In this document: positions 39,643 to 49,198 of the stretch, in pieces
How the letters are laid out: each line of letters begins with the position of its first letter
Numbering within the stretch: position 1 is the stretch's first letter
Origin: a virus
Taxonomy: Duplodnaviria > Caudoviricetes
Virus record (IMG/VR): IMGVR_UViG_3300032330_002145
Span: 8,928 to 72,927 of that record
DNA length: 64,000 bases
Strand: one strand, 5' to 3'
Notes under the pieces: model-generated
Told to the model about the DNA's origin: nothing
Database searches by the model: none
What the model saw: the letters and a program-made list of their open reading frames with translations, nothing else
Program-made: the position numbers and the translations under genes

Positions 39643-39903
39643 TTAATATTTAGTTAATAATTGTTTATTTTGTAAAGTGTTAAATGCGATTTTAAAAGGT
39701 ATTGAAATTTCTGAACTTTTTTCACCTAATGATTCGTCGATGTTTTCATGTTCTGTAATTAATATTTCTATCATCATTTTTACCATTTCATATTTTACAA
39801 CACTGATATGGTTTTCACCCCCACCTGATGGGTTAGGAATGTTTATGTACCCTTCGATTTCATCTAAATCCAAAAAGTATTCTTGTCCTAAAATTTTTAA
39901 CAT
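39643..39903 (-). CDS. Small hypothetical protein
   Basis: 86-aa ORF in the operon. Confidence 0.6.
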   Translation of the reverse strand: MLKILGQEYFLDLDEIEGYINIPNPSGGGENHISVVKYEMVKMMIEILITEHENIDESLGEKSSEISIPFKIAFNTLQNKQLLTKY

Positions 39904-40553
39904 TGAATAAAGTTGTTTAATATTTCTTCTAACTCTTTTAAGTTTTTAATTGAGTATAAAGAATTTATATTTTTATTATATTCCGTCTCGTATTTTATTA
40001 ATAATTTATCTGACGGATGTTGTAATAATAAATCAGGATTAGCCGTAAGTAAAACGTCTATTTCATTCCACATAGAATTAATTGTAGAATTACTATAAAA
40101 TTTTACATTTTCTACTAAACAACCAAATTTTGATAGAAAAAATAATGATGCTGGTTTTGATTTACCTATTTCATCAGATACAATAATTAAATCATGTTTG
40201 TCTCTAAAATTATGGTAAAGTCCATTTAAATCATTAAATGTCATATACTCAGTTGATTGTGCATGACCAAAAATTTCCATTGTAAATTCTTCAAATAAAA
40301 ATGAATATAATTCTTCGTCAGCTGAGAATTTAAAATGTTCTTTTAATTCTAAACTTGTAACAGGTAAATTCATTTCATATTTAAATGGTTTAGGTAAATT
40401 TATTGATTCAGTATTACCTGATAAATCAATATTGTATGTGTCAGTTGGTCCATACTCATCTTCATAACCATCTAAATAAAATTTTTGGTATGTTTGTTCA
40501 ATTTTACCAAGAGTATTTCTTAAAACACCGTTAATTTCTATACCAATTCTCAT
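39897..40553 (-). CDS. HAD-superfamily (5'-nucleotidase-like) protein with a degenerate DxD motif
   Basis: MRIGIEINGVLR in place of IGIDxDGVL. Confidence 0.6.
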   Translation of the reverse strand: MRIGIEINGVLRNTLGKIEQTYQKFYLDGYEDEYGPTDTYNIDLSGNTESINLPKPFKYEMNLPVTSLELKEHFKFSADEELYSFLFEEFTMEIFGHAQSTEYMTFNDLNGLYHNFRDKHDLIIVSDEIGKSKPASLFFLSKFGCLVENVKFYSNSTINSMWNEIDVLLTANPDLLLQHPSDKLLIKYETEYNKNINSLYSIKNLKELEEILNNFIQC

Positions 40554-41284
40554 TGCTCTTCGTATTTTTCTAATATTCTACTAATTAATGGATTTCTTAC
40601 TATATCGTTTTTATCTTTAAATTCAAAAATTGAAATACTTTCCGAATCTCTAAACTTTTCAATTGCATCCCATAAACCACTATGAGTTTTATTTTTGTAT
40701 TTATCTGATTGTTCGACATCACCTGAAATAAAGAATTTACTATTAAAACCAATTCTAGTTAACAATAATTTCATCTGACTTGGAGATGCGTTTTGACCTT
40801 CCTCAAAAATTAATATTGAATTATCGATATTCATACCTCTCATATATGCCAAAGCAAATACTTCAATAACCTCAATTTCTTTTAATTTTTCTCTTGTTTC
40901 TTTACCGATAATCTTATTTAATAAATAATAAGATGGGAAGATGTACGGGTCTAATTTCTCTTCAACATTACCTGGTAATGAACCTAATTTCTCTTCGGCT
41001 TCAACCGCAGGTCTTACAATAATAATTTTCTCATAAGGTGTTTTAGGGTCTGAAATTAAATCAATTGCAGCTTTCATTGTAATATAACTTTTACCAACAC
41101 CTGCAGGTCCTGAACAAACGGTAATCTCACTTGAAATTAAAGTGTTGTAATATTTCTTTTGATTTTCAGATAAAAACTTTTCTCTGGTTTTACTTTTTAT
41201 AATTTGACCAATTTGTTCTTTTTTACTAATCTTTGGTTTAACATCATCACTTGATGTTTGAGTTGTTTTTTTCTTACTTGTCAT
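40550..41284 (-). CDS. phoH: PhoH-family ATPase
   Basis: GPAGVGKS, RPAVEAEEKLGSLPG, AYMRG, LLTRIG, GDVEQSD, DIVRNPLI. Confidence 0.93.
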   Translation of the reverse strand: MTSKKKTTQTSSDDVKPKISKKEQIGQIIKSKTREKFLSENQKKYYNTLISSEITVCSGPAGVGKSYITMKAAIDLISDPKTPYEKIIIVRPAVEAEEKLGSLPGNVEEKLDPYIFPSYYLLNKIIGKETREKLKEIEVIEVFALAYMRGMNIDNSILIFEEGQNASPSQMKLLLTRIGFNSKFFISGDVEQSDKYKNKTHSGLWDAIEKFRDSESISIFEFKDKNDIVRNPLISRILEKYEEQ

Positions 41285-41293
41285 AATTTAATT

Positions 41294-42049
41294 TTAAATA
41301 ATTATTTTGTCATAAAGTTTTTTCATTTGTTCTTCTTTATATTCGACAGCTCCATATCCTTTAACAAAATGCACTAAACTGCTACTATCTAATGTACATT
41401 TATTTCTCGACACATCTAAATCTAACCATAGGTATTCACTTAAACTTGGTAAACCCAATTCAAAATAATCTATATAAACATTAAAAATTGGTTGGTCACA
41501 AATTCCTCTATGTCTATTAACTTTTAAATAATCGTATAATTTTTGAATATGTGGGAAAATAGTTTTATGAAATCCAAAAGTTCCTGCATTATATCCCATA
41601 GAATTTTCTTTTGGGTCGTAGTCTCTTGTTCTAAACCATTTTGTAACATTAAATCCATCTTGAGCTTTAATTGTACCTTTTAAACTTTCTCTAGCTTTAA
41701 CTAAATGAAATTTTGATTTATCTGATTCTATTGTTTCAAAAAGACCGTCTAAATTTTTCTTACAAATTATATCGGTATCTAAAAATAAAAAATTATCATA
41801 TCTATGATAATCAGGGTATTGATAAAATATAAACTTACCTGAATGTCTCCAATCTATTTTAGTTGTCATAAAGACTAAACATCTTAATTCCAATATTTTT
41901 GGAACCATTGAGTCATCATCCGTGATTATTAGAATATCAACGTCATTAAATTTTCTTATTGATTTAACAAACATGTCTAATAATGCAACATATTTTCCTG
42001 AGCAAATTGTGTAAATTAAATTTTTATTTTTCATACCCAAAAGTTTCAA
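41294..42049 (-). CDS. Glycosyltransferase, GT-A (GT8-like)
   Basis: FLFLDTDI, NAGTFGF, DQPIFN, LVHF. Confidence 0.7.
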   Translation of the reverse strand: MKLLGMKNKNLIYTICSGKYVALLDMFVKSIRKFNDVDILIITDDDSMVPKILELRCLVFMTTKIDWRHSGKFIFYQYPDYHRYDNFLFLDTDIICKKNLDGLFETIESDKSKFHLVKARESLKGTIKAQDGFNVTKWFRTRDYDPKENSMGYNAGTFGFHKTIFPHIQKLYDYLKVNRHRGICDQPIFNVYIDYFELGLPSLSEYLWLDLDVSRNKCTLDSSSLVHFVKGYGAVEYKEEQMKKLYDKIII

Positions 42050-42623
42050 AATCTATCTTATATAAATTATAGATAAAATCTTTAATTTCTAAAGTTAGAT
42101 AACTTCTTTTATCTATTTGGTTATTTAGACTAATGTTACTTCTAAGTAATGGTTTTGTTTCAATACCTAAATTACTTTGTATTGTTTTAAAGTCTTCAAT
42201 AATATTCTCAACTTTCCCTAAATAATCAACAACTAAATTACCATTCTCATAAACATATTCATATTGAGTTAATTTATGGTCGATATCAATCTTTGAGTAA
42301 AAATTATAAATCCATTTTTTAAAGTGTTCATAATTCACAATTTTCTTTTCTCTCCAAAAAAATTCAGATAATACTCTGTCATATGGATTACGAACAAATG
42401 AAAATTTATAATATTCATTATAAAATTCTTGGATTTCAGGTCTTGTTTTTAATTGCGTAGATGTAAGATGTTGTGGACAATATTTAACATCATCAATTAT
42501 AATCTCACAACGTCTATTAAAAAAACATCTTTGATTTTCTAAACCGTACATTCGTTCAATAGATGTTCCAGCTGTTTTTGGTATGTGAACAAAAATGAAT
42601 TTATTTTTATGGTCTATTGGCAT
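42024..42623 (-). CDS. Carbohydrate sulfotransferase (Sulfotransfer_2-like)
   Basis: PAPS-binding motifs FVHIPKTAGTSIE and FSFVRNPYDRVLSEF. Confidence 0.88.
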   Translation of the reverse strand: MPIDHKNKFIFVHIPKTAGTSIERMYGLENQRCFFNRRCEIIIDDVKYCPQHLTSTQLKTRPEIQEFYNEYYKFSFVRNPYDRVLSEFFWREKKIVNYEHFKKWIYNFYSKIDIDHKLTQYEYVYENGNLVVDYLGKVENIIEDFKTIQSNLGIETKPLLRSNISLNNQIDKRSYLTLEIKDFIYNLYKIDFETFGYEK

Positions 42624-42627
42624 TTAA

Positions 42628-43611
42628 TTAATCAATATTTCCTCCACTAAAATAAACTAACCAATAATTAATCATTTCATCTAACATAGATTCAAATGTG
42701 TAATCATGTGTCCACCCAGTTGATTTTATTAGTTTTGACGAGTCCCCCTTTAAATCATGTAATTCTTCAGGTCTTAAGAACTTTTCATCTTGGGTAACAT
42801 ATTCTTTGTAATTCAATTTTAATGATGTAAAAACATAATCACAAAGTTCTCTAACTGAATGTGATATTCCTGTTGAACAAACAAAGTCATCTGAGGTTTC
42901 TAATTGTAGAATTTCCCACATTGCCCTAACATAATCTTTAGCATGACCCCAATCACGTGTTGCGTCAAGGTTACCCAATTTTAATTCATTAGATAGTCCT
43001 AATTTAATCTTAACCGCTTCTTTACATACTTTATTGGTTACGAAGTTTGTTCCTCTTCTTGGAGACTCGTGGTTGAATAAAATACCGTTAGAGATAAACA
43101 TACCATATGAGTTTCTGTAATTACGACAAATGTTGTAACTGAATACTTTGGCACAACCGTATGGTGAGACAGGGTTCATTGGTGTTGATTCTCTTTGATA
43201 ACCATCAGAATCAATTGAATTACCAAACATCTCAGATGATGACGCTTGGTATATTTTTGTATCAGGTTTGATTAATTTAACCGATTCAAGAAGATTTAAA
43301 GTTCCTAATCCTGTTACGTTGGAAGTATAAATTGGTTGGTCAAATGAAATTCTAACATGTGATTGTGCTGCCAAATTATATATCTCATCAGGCATCACTT
43401 TTTGTATTACATTGATTAATGATGACATATCTGTTAAATCACCATAATGTAATTTTATTTTATCATATACATTATCTAATCTAGCGGTTTGATTCTCAGC
43501 TACAGAATTTCTTTTTAATATCCCGTGAACTTCATACCCTTTTTCTAAAAGGAATTCTGACAAATATGAACCGTCTTGTCCATTAATGCCAGTTATTAAA
43601 GCTTTTTTCAT
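42628..43611 (-). CDS. gmd: GDP-mannose 4,6-dehydratase
   Basis: ALITGINGQDGSYL, YNLAAQSHV, YQASSSEMFG, PYGCAK, LFNHESPRRG, RDWGHAKDYV. Confidence 0.96.
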   Translation of the reverse strand: MKKALITGINGQDGSYLSEFLLEKGYEVHGILKRNSVAENQTARLDNVYDKIKLHYGDLTDMSSLINVIQKVMPDEIYNLAAQSHVRISFDQPIYTSNVTGLGTLNLLESVKLIKPDTKIYQASSSEMFGNSIDSDGYQRESTPMNPVSPYGCAKVFSYNICRNYRNSYGMFISNGILFNHESPRRGTNFVTNKVCKEAVKIKLGLSNELKLGNLDATRDWGHAKDYVRAMWEILQLETSDDFVCSTGISHSVRELCDYVFTSLKLNYKEYVTQDEKFLRPEELHDLKGDSSKLIKSTGWTHDYTFESMLDEMINYWLVYFSGGNID

Positions 43612-44228
43612 TTTAAATGTTTTTTTATAAAAAATCCGTCACCCCAAGTATTTCCAGCCCAATTGGTTTCAACTAATTCAAAACCAAAGTCTGATAAAAA
43701 ATTTTCAAGTTCATTAACTAAAGCATTTTTTTCATATAAAAAATCTCTATTAATTTCTGATATAATATAATCAATATTTTCTAAAGTTTTAACTGAACCT
43801 TTAAACACTTCTAATTCATACCCTTGAACGTCAATATTAATAAAGTTAAACTTTTTTCTGTCAAAATCAATTTCATCTAATCGTTTCATTTCGACAATTT
43901 CTTTATTATTAAAAACAATATTAGGATATTGTTGAGTATGTAATTGAGGTTTTAAAACAGAACAGGACTGTCCTTTATTCTCAGATTCAACATACATTTC
44001 AATAGTTGTGTTTTCATTACCTAAAGCATAATTGTATAATATTCTATTGTTTGGAACCGACCTTTCTAACATTATAAAATTTGATTTAATTGGTTCAAAA
44101 TATATTACATTATCTATATTTGATTCGGTATATAAACCATCTTCTTCGCCATAATGGGCCCCAATTTGAATAACTCCTTTAATATTCAAATTATATTTCT
44201 CGACTAATTGTTTAAATTCTAATAACAT
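43608..44228 (-). CDS. FkbM-family methyltransferase
   Basis: IQIGAHYG, FEP, NIDVQGYELEVFKG. Confidence 0.88.
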   Translation of the reverse strand: MLLEFKQLVEKYNLNIKGVIQIGAHYGEEDGLYTESNIDNVIYFEPIKSNFIMLERSVPNNRILYNYALGNENTTIEMYVESENKGQSCSVLKPQLHTQQYPNIVFNNKEIVEMKRLDEIDFDRKKFNFINIDVQGYELEVFKGSVKTLENIDYIISEINRDFLYEKNALVNELENFLSDFGFELVETNWAGNTWGDGFFIKKHLK

Positions 44229-44968
44229 TATATTTTATTTTTTTCTAAAAATTTTTCCATTTTAATTAATTTACCTTTACCCGCACCAGGTGAACCTGAG
44301 AAATGACAAACTACTTTATTAGGGGTATCATCATCTTTAACATGATGCATAATATAATTATTCAAAGTTCGGGCTATCAAATTATTTCGATGTAAATAAA
44401 CATTTAAATAAGGCTGTTCCCAACATACATTAATTTTAAAAATATTTTCATTCATGAAATTATCAATTTCATTAAATATATTTCCCATGTTTGAATAGAA
44501 TGAAAAGAATCCGGCATTTACACCTTTAACTGGTCTTTTTTTGTATTCAACAATTTCATCATGATTAAGTAATTTAAGTCCCCAATATTGGTCAGTGATA
44601 TAACCATTTTCTTCTGAAAAATTTATTTTATTAGGTTCTATTACATCAAAAATTTTATTAGGTGAATCAAACCATAAAATATCACAGTCACAAAAAATAA
44701 CTTTTTCATATTCATTTAATTTATCAAATCTATGAATTTTTAATTTGTTCTGAGATGAATCCCTTTTTTGAGGACAATCAACGGTTAAAAAATGTACAGG
44801 TATTTTAGAATCTAATTTTTTCTCGATACCTAATTTATTTGTTTCATTACAAATAACTAAAATTTCAAAATCATTATTATAAAATTTTTCTAAACTATTT
44901 AAACTCATTATGAATAAATCTTCATAAAAAGAAATAAACCCTACGGTATAATAAATTAAATTTTTCAT
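44228..44968 (-). CDS. Glycosyltransferase, GT-A (GT8-like)
   Basis: VIFCDCDI, VNAGFF, EQPYLN, VCHF. Confidence 0.7.
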   Translation of the reverse strand: MKNLIYYTVGFISFYEDLFIMSLNSLEKFYNNDFEILVICNETNKLGIEKKLDSKIPVHFLTVDCPQKRDSSQNKLKIHRFDKLNEYEKVIFCDCDILWFDSPNKIFDVIEPNKINFSEENGYITDQYWGLKLLNHDEIVEYKKRPVKGVNAGFFSFYSNMGNIFNEIDNFMNENIFKINVCWEQPYLNVYLHRNNLIARTLNNYIMHHVKDDDTPNKVVCHFSGSPGAGKGKLIKMEKFLEKNKI

Positions 44969-45747
44969 TTTAGATTACTTAATATTTCATTCTTCCAAAA
45001 ACTATAATCTAATATTTCACGATTATATTTTTTTTCTTTAGCCTCGTTTATTTTTGATTTTAATAACTCATAATTTGTTAATTCTTGTTCGTTATTTAAA
45101 ATAACAATAGGTAGTTTTTCATAAAGTTTATAAATTTTAAAATTACCTACTTTTATTGTTATTGGTATTCTATTTGAATATAAAACTTCCCATAATCTGT
45201 GAGTATCAACGCCATTACCAATTGGACAAATTACTGATTCGTATTCCAACACTTTATTAAAAAACTCTTCTAAGTGTAAATTGGAATCTTCCCAATCAAT
45301 ATGAGGGGTATTAATTGAGATTTCTTTTATTTTTCTACGATAATTTAAATTAGTATTAATATTAAAATTAGAATATATCTTTTTAGATGATGTGATATCT
45401 AAATTTCGGTTCAATAAATTTTCTTTTTCTGTAACTCTTTCTAAATAACCAATACCATGACCTTCTCTTAATGATGGTAATTTATTTTCTAACCCAATTG
45501 GTAATGATTCTAATACCTCATTATTACACAATGCGTTTTGAGCGTACCATTTTTTAACGTTTTTTGGACATAGATTAAAAATCCTTTCGTCAATACTATA
45601 ATCTGAATTACCCGAAATTAAAATTACCTCATTTTTTATTTGTTTAATTCTTTCAAATTCCTGTAATAAAAAATCTGTTTTACAAAAAATAATTTGATTA
45701 CCATCATGTAATTCAGAAAATTTATTTATTTCAATATAATCCATCAT
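44965..45747 (-). CDS. Exostosin-like (GT47-like) glycosyltransferase
   Basis: ICPIGNGVDTHRLWEVLY..RIPI. Confidence 0.7.
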   Translation of the reverse strand: MMDYIEINKFSELHDGNQIIFCKTDFLLQEFERIKQIKNEVILISGNSDYSIDERIFNLCPKNVKKWYAQNALCNNEVLESLPIGLENKLPSLREGHGIGYLERVTEKENLLNRNLDITSSKKIYSNFNINTNLNYRRKIKEISINTPHIDWEDSNLHLEEFFNKVLEYESVICPIGNGVDTHRLWEVLYSNRIPITIKVGNFKIYKLYEKLPIVILNNEQELTNYELLKSKINEAKEKKYNREILDYSFWKNEILSNLK

Positions 45748-46337
45748 TTTCTCTTAAAAACACTAAAACCATTTCCTTCATCTGTTTGAAATAATAATTC
45801 ATATTCTGAATTACCAATTAGCTCATCGTGTATTTTTTTAGTTTTTAATTGTGTAATATCATCTAAAGCAACAACTTTAGTTCTATCTTTTAATTTATTC
45901 CATTCAGAATAAGTTGAGAATTCTCCACCATCTAAAAGTAAAAAATCAATCTGACTTGGAAGAGATTCTAATAAATTTTCACATTGATTAATATTATCAA
46001 TATCTTCTTTTAACCAAGTTTCTTGTTGAGTATTAATTTCAACACTATTAACAAAATCCAAAACTTCAGATTCATTAACTATTGTACCAAGTAATAGTTT
46101 AAATTTACCTGAATAATCTTTTAGATTTTGCTCAGCGATTTTATAAAATGATTGATTACTTTCGATTGATACAAATTCACAATCATCATTTATAATTTCT
46201 AAAATACATTTAGTTGAACCTAATCCTTTCCACGTGCCTATTTCTACAATTTTTTTAGGATTGTATTTGTGAATTATTTGTTTTAATAATCTACCTCTTT
46301 CTGAGTCTAAAATTATTTGTCCTTGTGGGTCTATCAT
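45744..46337 (-). CDS. Class I SAM-dependent methyltransferase
   Basis: IVEIGTWKGLGST, IDFLLLDGGE. Confidence 0.75.
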   Translation of the reverse strand: MIDPQGQIILDSERGRLLKQIIHKYNPKKIVEIGTWKGLGSTKCILEIINDDCEFVSIESNQSFYKIAEQNLKDYSGKFKLLLGTIVNESEVLDFVNSVEINTQQETWLKEDIDNINQCENLLESLPSQIDFLLLDGGEFSTYSEWNKLKDRTKVVALDDITQLKTKKIHDELIGNSEYELLFQTDEGNGFSVFKRK

Positions 46338-47020
46338 ACTTTTTTAAAATTTAATATTGATTGTGAAACAGTTGAATCTTTAATAACATTATTTTTTAAT
46401 TTTACATGAAAAAATATATTATCATTTCTTAATTTTAATGAATCAAAAATTAACTTAAAAGAACTGTCAATGAAATGTGATTCAACACTATTTTCCATTA
46501 GATAACAATAATCAAAAATATTTTTTGTTAAACTTTGTTTGGGTCTAATTATTGGTAAATTTTTATTAATAATATAAGATTCGTCAATGTTAAAATTTCT
46601 TGATTCATCATCGTGAATAAAAACATATTCACCTTCTTTTATATCATATTGTTTAAACAACTCCTGTTCAGAATCTAAGTTTCTTTCAACATGAAAGTTT
46701 AACCATCGATTTGCAAATGGAATATTGTTTTGTAAGTAAAAACTATCATCAAATTCTATTGATTGAGGATGTCTCATAAAACCTGCCAAAATAATATCAT
46801 TTCTATCTACTTTATTTTCCGAAATGTATTTTCTAACAAAAGAATCGTCACCATCAATAAATGATAAATTTTTTAAATCTCGGTACATGAACTCAACAGA
46901 AATTCTGTTATGAGGTTTTACAAACATAACATACTGTTCATTTGAATTGATTAAACTTCTAACCAACCCATTACAGATAATATGGTCACCAAGACCTAGA
47001 TGATGATAGATATATTTCAT
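46334..47020 (-). CDS. Putative glycosyltransferase (GT-B-like N-terminus)
   Basis: HHLGLGDHIICNG, YVFIH, HFIDSSF. Confidence 0.55.
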   Translation of the reverse strand: MKYIYHHLGLGDHIICNGLVRSLINSNEQYVMFVKPHNRISVEFMYRDLKNLSFIDGDDSFVRKYISENKVDRNDIILAGFMRHPQSIEFDDSFYLQNNIPFANRWLNFHVERNLDSEQELFKQYDIKEGEYVFIHDDESRNFNIDESYIINKNLPIIRPKQSLTKNIFDYCYLMENSVESHFIDSSFKLIFDSLKLRNDNIFFHVKLKNNVIKDSTVSQSILNFKKV

Positions 47021-47649
47021 TTAATATAATGTGATAATTTATTCTCAATGTATGATATTGGAATGTTATTTGAAACTATTCTTTTTAGGATTTCACCATC
47101 TTCACCAGGAATCCATCCTATACTTTCATTGTATTTAAACTTATCAAATAACTCTTTAGTGAATGAAGCATGTCCACAAGCATAGTCTTTATGATTTATA
47201 TTCTTAGGGAATGGACAGTTAGGAAAAATACCGTTAATATAATCTTTATAGAAAATTATATCATTTATGTTATTCTTATAAAATAAACTATTTCTATCCT
47301 TATTCATTGTATAGTTGTGAACTACGGCATTTGAACCGTTCTCAAAAGAACTAATTAAAAATTCATTTCTTTTAATGTGAGAAATATCATCACCATCCAA
47401 AAATGAAATAATATCTGTATTTAATTTACTTGCAGCAATATTTCTATTTTGACATGGATTTTGTCTATCTTTTGTTTTTGAGATAATAATCTCAAATGAA
47501 TAATCTTTTAAATTGAGTTCACCATCAAAAGACGAAATACTAATACTAACCTGATTTGGTAATACAGTTGATTGTTCTAATGAATCTAATAATTGATTCA
47601 AAAAACCTAAATGATTAATGTATGTGGGTATTGCAATTCCTAATGTCAT
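47017..47649 (-). CDS. Glycosyltransferase family 2-like protein
   Basis: IAIPTY, RNIAA, ISFLDGDD, GED. Confidence 0.8.
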   Translation of the reverse strand: MTLGIAIPTYINHLGFLNQLLDSLEQSTVLPNQVSISISSFDGELNLKDYSFEIIISKTKDRQNPCQNRNIAASKLNTDIISFLDGDDISHIKRNEFLISSFENGSNAVVHNYTMNKDRNSLFYKNNINDIIFYKDYINGIFPNCPFPKNINHKDYACGHASFTKELFDKFKYNESIGWIPGEDGEILKRIVSNNIPISYIENKLSHYIK

Positions 47650-48536
47650 TTTATTGTATTTTCAAAAATTAAGTTATGTAATGATTCAATTACCTCAAAT
47701 TTAGAACCTTTCTGAATTTCTTCACTCCATCTGTTATGCCAATGCCATGCAAATGCACCATCAAATAGTTCAACTTTACCTGTGTTATTGAATGGGTTTA
47801 ATGGTGTGTTACCAAACCCCCATTCAGAATTAAACCAAACACATGGTAATACCAAAATTGGATTTTTATTTATTTTTGAATACATCATATAACCCCATGA
47901 AAATGTATTTTTTGATGGGGTAGTCGATTTTAATATTTCTAAAAATTCTAAAGACGTATCAGAATTTTTATTAAGCTTCATTACCGCTCCGTTCATTTTT
48001 AATGGTTCGTTTTTAAACCCTGAAGTACCCCATTGATATAAAAACTCAAAATCATTTAATGGTAAAAAACTACGAAGAACTAAAACATCCATATCGATGT
48101 AAAATCCTCCATATTTGTGAAGTATTAATAGTCTAAATAAATCACCTTCTAAATAACACTTATCATCATCAATTGAATTTTTATCTAATAATAATTCAAA
48201 ATCTTCCAGTATGGTATTTTTAATTTCTTCATGTAAATCCCATTTTCTAAAAGTAATAAATTTTTTAATTTCCTTTAGAAAAAGATTCTCAGTAAGGTCT
48301 ACATTTGACCATAAATTAATTTCAACAGTATCTAAAATATCTTTATGGTTTACAATAATTGACTTTAATACTGCAAGTTGTTTTCTTCCAAAATCTTGAG
48401 GTACCCTCCAAAAACAATGGAATACTAATTTATTGTTATCACTACATTTTAAATTTTTAGCGTAATTAAGTGAATTTATATAATCATCTTCAGATGGACT
48501 ATATAAGTCCATATTATTATCCAAATAAGTTATCAT
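47646..48536 (-). CDS. Glycosyltransferase (GT32-like, DxD)
   Basis: DLFRLLILHKYGGFYIDMDV. Confidence 0.85.
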   Translation of the reverse strand: MITYLDNNMDLYSPSEDDYINSLNYAKNLKCSDNNKLVFHCFWRVPQDFGRKQLAVLKSIIVNHKDILDTVEINLWSNVDLTENLFLKEIKKFITFRKWDLHEEIKNTILEDFELLLDKNSIDDDKCYLEGDLFRLLILHKYGGFYIDMDVLVLRSFLPLNDFEFLYQWGTSGFKNEPLKMNGAVMKLNKNSDTSLEFLEILKSTTPSKNTFSWGYMMYSKINKNPILVLPCVWFNSEWGFGNTPLNPFNNTGKVELFDGAFAWHWHNRWSEEIQKGSKFEVIESLHNLIFENTIK

Positions 48537-48538
48537 TA

Positions 48539-49198
48539 TTAAAATACATATTTATAATCATCCCCAACAGGTTTATCATTTTCATCCATTCTTTCACCTA
48601 CAAATCTTCCTGGTTCTCTCATGATAGGAAAAGGTTTTTTCTCAAAAAACTCATCGTGAGTACATCTATCATTTTCAAAGATAGAATAAACATTTGCAAG
48701 AAATGTTTGGTCTGAACCATAAGATAAGTTTTTACCTTTAATGAAATTATTAATCATTTCGGTAATTGGAACCATTCCTTTCTTGATTCCCCACATACCT
48801 CCTAAAATACCTAATCCACTGTTTCCGTATGGTATTCTATGAGCCGGATGGTCTCTCATTACGTGTAACGATTTACCACTTATAATCCATTCATCAACAG
48901 CTAACTTTTCTCTAACAGTTAATCTTGAATCGGTATCTCTGAAAATACAATATTCCGCCTCATCAAGGTCAAATGCAAAAAATCTCCAAAACATACCATA
49001 TACTTTTTTACCTGTCATATCAACAAGTAACACATTAAGTTCTTCTAATTTATCAATAATATCGGAAGGAACACTATCATCATAATAGACAACCATTTTC
49101 CATTCAGGGTAGATACTTTTCCATAATTCGGCGTTTTTAATTGCTCCGATATTATACATTGGGTTATCTCCCCATAAACTAAAACTTAAATAATTCAT
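48539..49198 (-). CDS. Putative glycosyltransferase-like protein
   Basis: SFSLWG, MFWRF, FRDTDSR, MRDH, GGMWG, DQTFL. Confidence 0.6.
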   Translation of the reverse strand: MNYLSFSLWGDNPMYNIGAIKNAELWKSIYPEWKMVVYYDDSVPSDIIDKLEELNVLLVDMTGKKVYGMFWRFFAFDLDEAEYCIFRDTDSRLTVREKLAVDEWIISGKSLHVMRDHPAHRIPYGNSGLGILGGMWGIKKGMVPITEMINNFIKGKNLSYGSDQTFLANVYSIFENDRCTHDEFFEKKPFPIMREPGRFVGERMDENDKPVGDDYKYVF

